NCBI GenBank assembly: GCA_035084275.1
Contig: CM068750.1
Location: 4,278,001-4,342,000, forward strand
From: Hydrolagus colliei
Lineage: Eukaryota
Reading direction: 5' to 3'
Length of the DNA stretch: 64,000 nucleotides
Shown piece after piece: positions 61,620 to 64,000 of this stretch. The notes under the pieces were generated by a model, which ran no database searches, was not told the DNA's origin, and was given only the letters and a program-made list of their open reading frames with translations. Position 1 is the stretch's first letter. The number at the start of each line of letters is the position of its first letter. The position numbers and the translations under genes were made by a program.

Positions 61620-62788
61620 TGTATATACTCTGATGCTATTCAACAAAGATTCTCAATAGTTTCCAGTATCATGTTTTTTATGGGCACAAGCAACTTTATT
61701 TTGCAATGAGAAAACCTTTGTACCTGGCACTACGATCAATTTTCAGACGCAAATGAATTCTAATCTCAAAAGTGCGTGCCTGGAGCCCGGAACAGTGGTG
61801 AAATTTGCAGATTATCTGAATGGGTTTCTGTTTATGTATTGAATATGTGCGCTTGATCAACTAGACGGTTCAGCTGTTGACATTTTGGTCAATCATTTTG
61901 CACTGACTGTGTGTGACTTCTTTCAACCTAGCAATGTGGTTTATCATGTACCTTACTATGTAAAGTACCATATCAAGATTGAAAGGGAAAATAAAATCTA
62001 CATTCAGATCGATTTCCTGCTTTGAATATTTTTTTGTTCCTGGTATTTTCAACCTCTTTTGTTCCTTTGCTGCTCCAGAGTCACCATTTGACACCATTTC
62101 CTTTATTTTACAAAAACACATAGAAAATAATTGGAGAACTCTAGTGTCCTGATGTTTTGATTTAATTATTACAAAATAGTTTATAATATCCTATTATAGA
62201 CACAACAAAAATCTTAACATTCGTCGCAAGTGGTCCGAAACAATGATTGTCCAGTGCCTTGGGACATCCTCCTGCGTTAAAGGCGCAAAACAAGTGTAAT
62301 TTTGTTGTTGTTATCAAGTTTCGAAAACCTTGGTTCCACAGTCGTTTGTGTAAGGCGGAAGCAGTCTTTTTATCATTTACCAAGATGTTTTGAGCTGTGA
62401 ATGAGAAGCTGAACCAAGGAAGTTGGACGAGGCTGAAACAGAGGAACAATCAGATCAATTTCTGACACAGCGCATCCATTTCTGAGCCGTGATACAACTG
62501 AATAATTTTACTGATTGTTTTCATATTCCTGCCATTTCACATTTCACTGCTATTCTTTACAAGACAATTGGCGTGCAACATTTGTCGTCACCCCTTTCCT
62601 GTGATTTACAATACACATTACAATACCACTCGAGCTCAATGAATTTAGATGGAACTATTTAGAAGCTTTATCAACTTCATCTATACACTTAAATGCCTGG
62701 TGGTGGTGCTGTTGTGGTAATAGAACCAAGAACTATTGCAATGCAGCTGAAAATGAGTTTGACATTAGCTAATTACGTAATAAATAAA

Positions 62789-63078
62789 AATAATCCTTGC
62801 ATTTGATATAGCACTTTTCACGTCTCAAAGTGCTTCACAGAATATACTGTAAAGGGAATTGATTGTATACTTGTGGGTGAAACGCAGTAGCCAATTGCAC
62901 ACAATGTCCCAGTTGTGGATTGAAATGACCAATTTATTATAGGTTTTCTTTGGACGGATTATTATTAGGCCTGTGGAGTCAGGAAACTTGCCCAAGGTTT
63001 CGTCCTGACCTGCCTGGATTCGAAACACCATTCTCAGGCTCGTAAGGCAAGTGCTCTAACCATTGAGCTACAGGACTC
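62789..63078 (-). mobile_element. tRNA-derived SINE, full length
   Basis: Reverse complement of head (GAGCTACAGGACTC), body and tail. Confidence 0.88.
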
Positions 63079-64000
63079 TACAGGTAGCACCCAGAGTTGA
63101 AATATGGAAGACAATTTGAGTAGGTGATTAGGGTGATGGGCTTGTTATGGCAAAGAAAATGGGAAGCAGAATTTGAATTATCTAGAACTTCTGGAGGGGC
63201 TGATAATAATATGACCGTTTTGAAAGGTTTTTCTGGGATCCAGCTACAATTGGCCTTGTTTCATTAGGTCATATTTGAGCTGAGTAAATTGATACTTATT
63301 CCAGTGCAGATTCTTTATGCTAAGGAACTTGCGACAATAGAAAGCAGTTCAGAATTTGATACGGTTAAGAGCATTGGTGGTGGTGGTAAGGTAATGGTTA
63401 AAGCAGCTCAATGAACAGAAAATGTGGCATTAGACCAAGTGCACATTGCTTCTTACCTTTGTACAGCAGACTCCACAAATGCCCATCTGAATTTCTCCTG
63501 GCACCTTGTTAATCTTGTTCCTACTCTAAAGATGGTGATCATGATAGGATAAAATCCACTTGCTATTATTTTTCTGTGTTTGCCACATAATTTAGCATCT
63601 TGACAAAGGCTGGGAAGTTAGCCTCTCTTGGAAACTGTAGCATGGCTGACGCTTAGTGGCGGCCTAGCCAATAATACTCTCATTGCTGATTACACTAAAC
63701 CAGTCACACTTAAACTCACATCAGAAACCAGAATCTTCGTCCAGAACAAACTTTTTCTTTACTGTAGAGTGATTTCTCATTTTTAGATTCAGTAAACTGT
63801 CAGAAAAACACATTTATACATGCCATGTACTATATAAAACGTTAAAGATTAGCTAAATTCAATCTGCTCCCGAATATACCAGTCTTGTCAGAGGTCAACT
63901 TGTTTTATTAAAACTGGTTTCACAAGCTGGAGTTGAATCTCCCCAGCAATGAAGAAATTGCAATCCTTTCCCAACAGGTTTTCAGAAACAGCAGGTAATC

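Overview
Vertebrate genomic DNA, most likely a cartilaginous fish such as a chimaera (inferred from the repeat families and compact introns), with four assembly gaps between 47.2 and 50.7 kb. It holds a conserved five-gene block: the last three exons of BEGAIN (+), then WDR25 (-, 6 coding exons, about 523 aa), WARS1 (+, 10 coding exons, 461 aa), SLC25A47 (-, 6 coding exons, 301 aa) and SLC25A29 (+, 4 coding exons, 301 aa). Exons were read by hand, with GT-AG borders and phases checked. Introns and intergenic DNA carry more than 20 copies or fragments of a tRNA-headed SINE with an L2-type tail, two older DeuSINE-like copies, several L2 remnants, a young CR1 fragment with an open RT frame, a Tigger-like MITE and large satellite arrays beside both divergent promoters. 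The most notable items are: (1) a 246-bp fold-back insertion with a 14-bp target-site duplication, nested in a SINE in SLC25A29 intron 3 and carrying a minimal hammerhead-ribozyme motif (Penelope/retrozyme-like); (2) strong AT-to-GC substitution bias in SINE copies near the promoters; (3) two near-perfect hairpins built from retroposon tails; (4) an unusual start-codon layout in WARS1.
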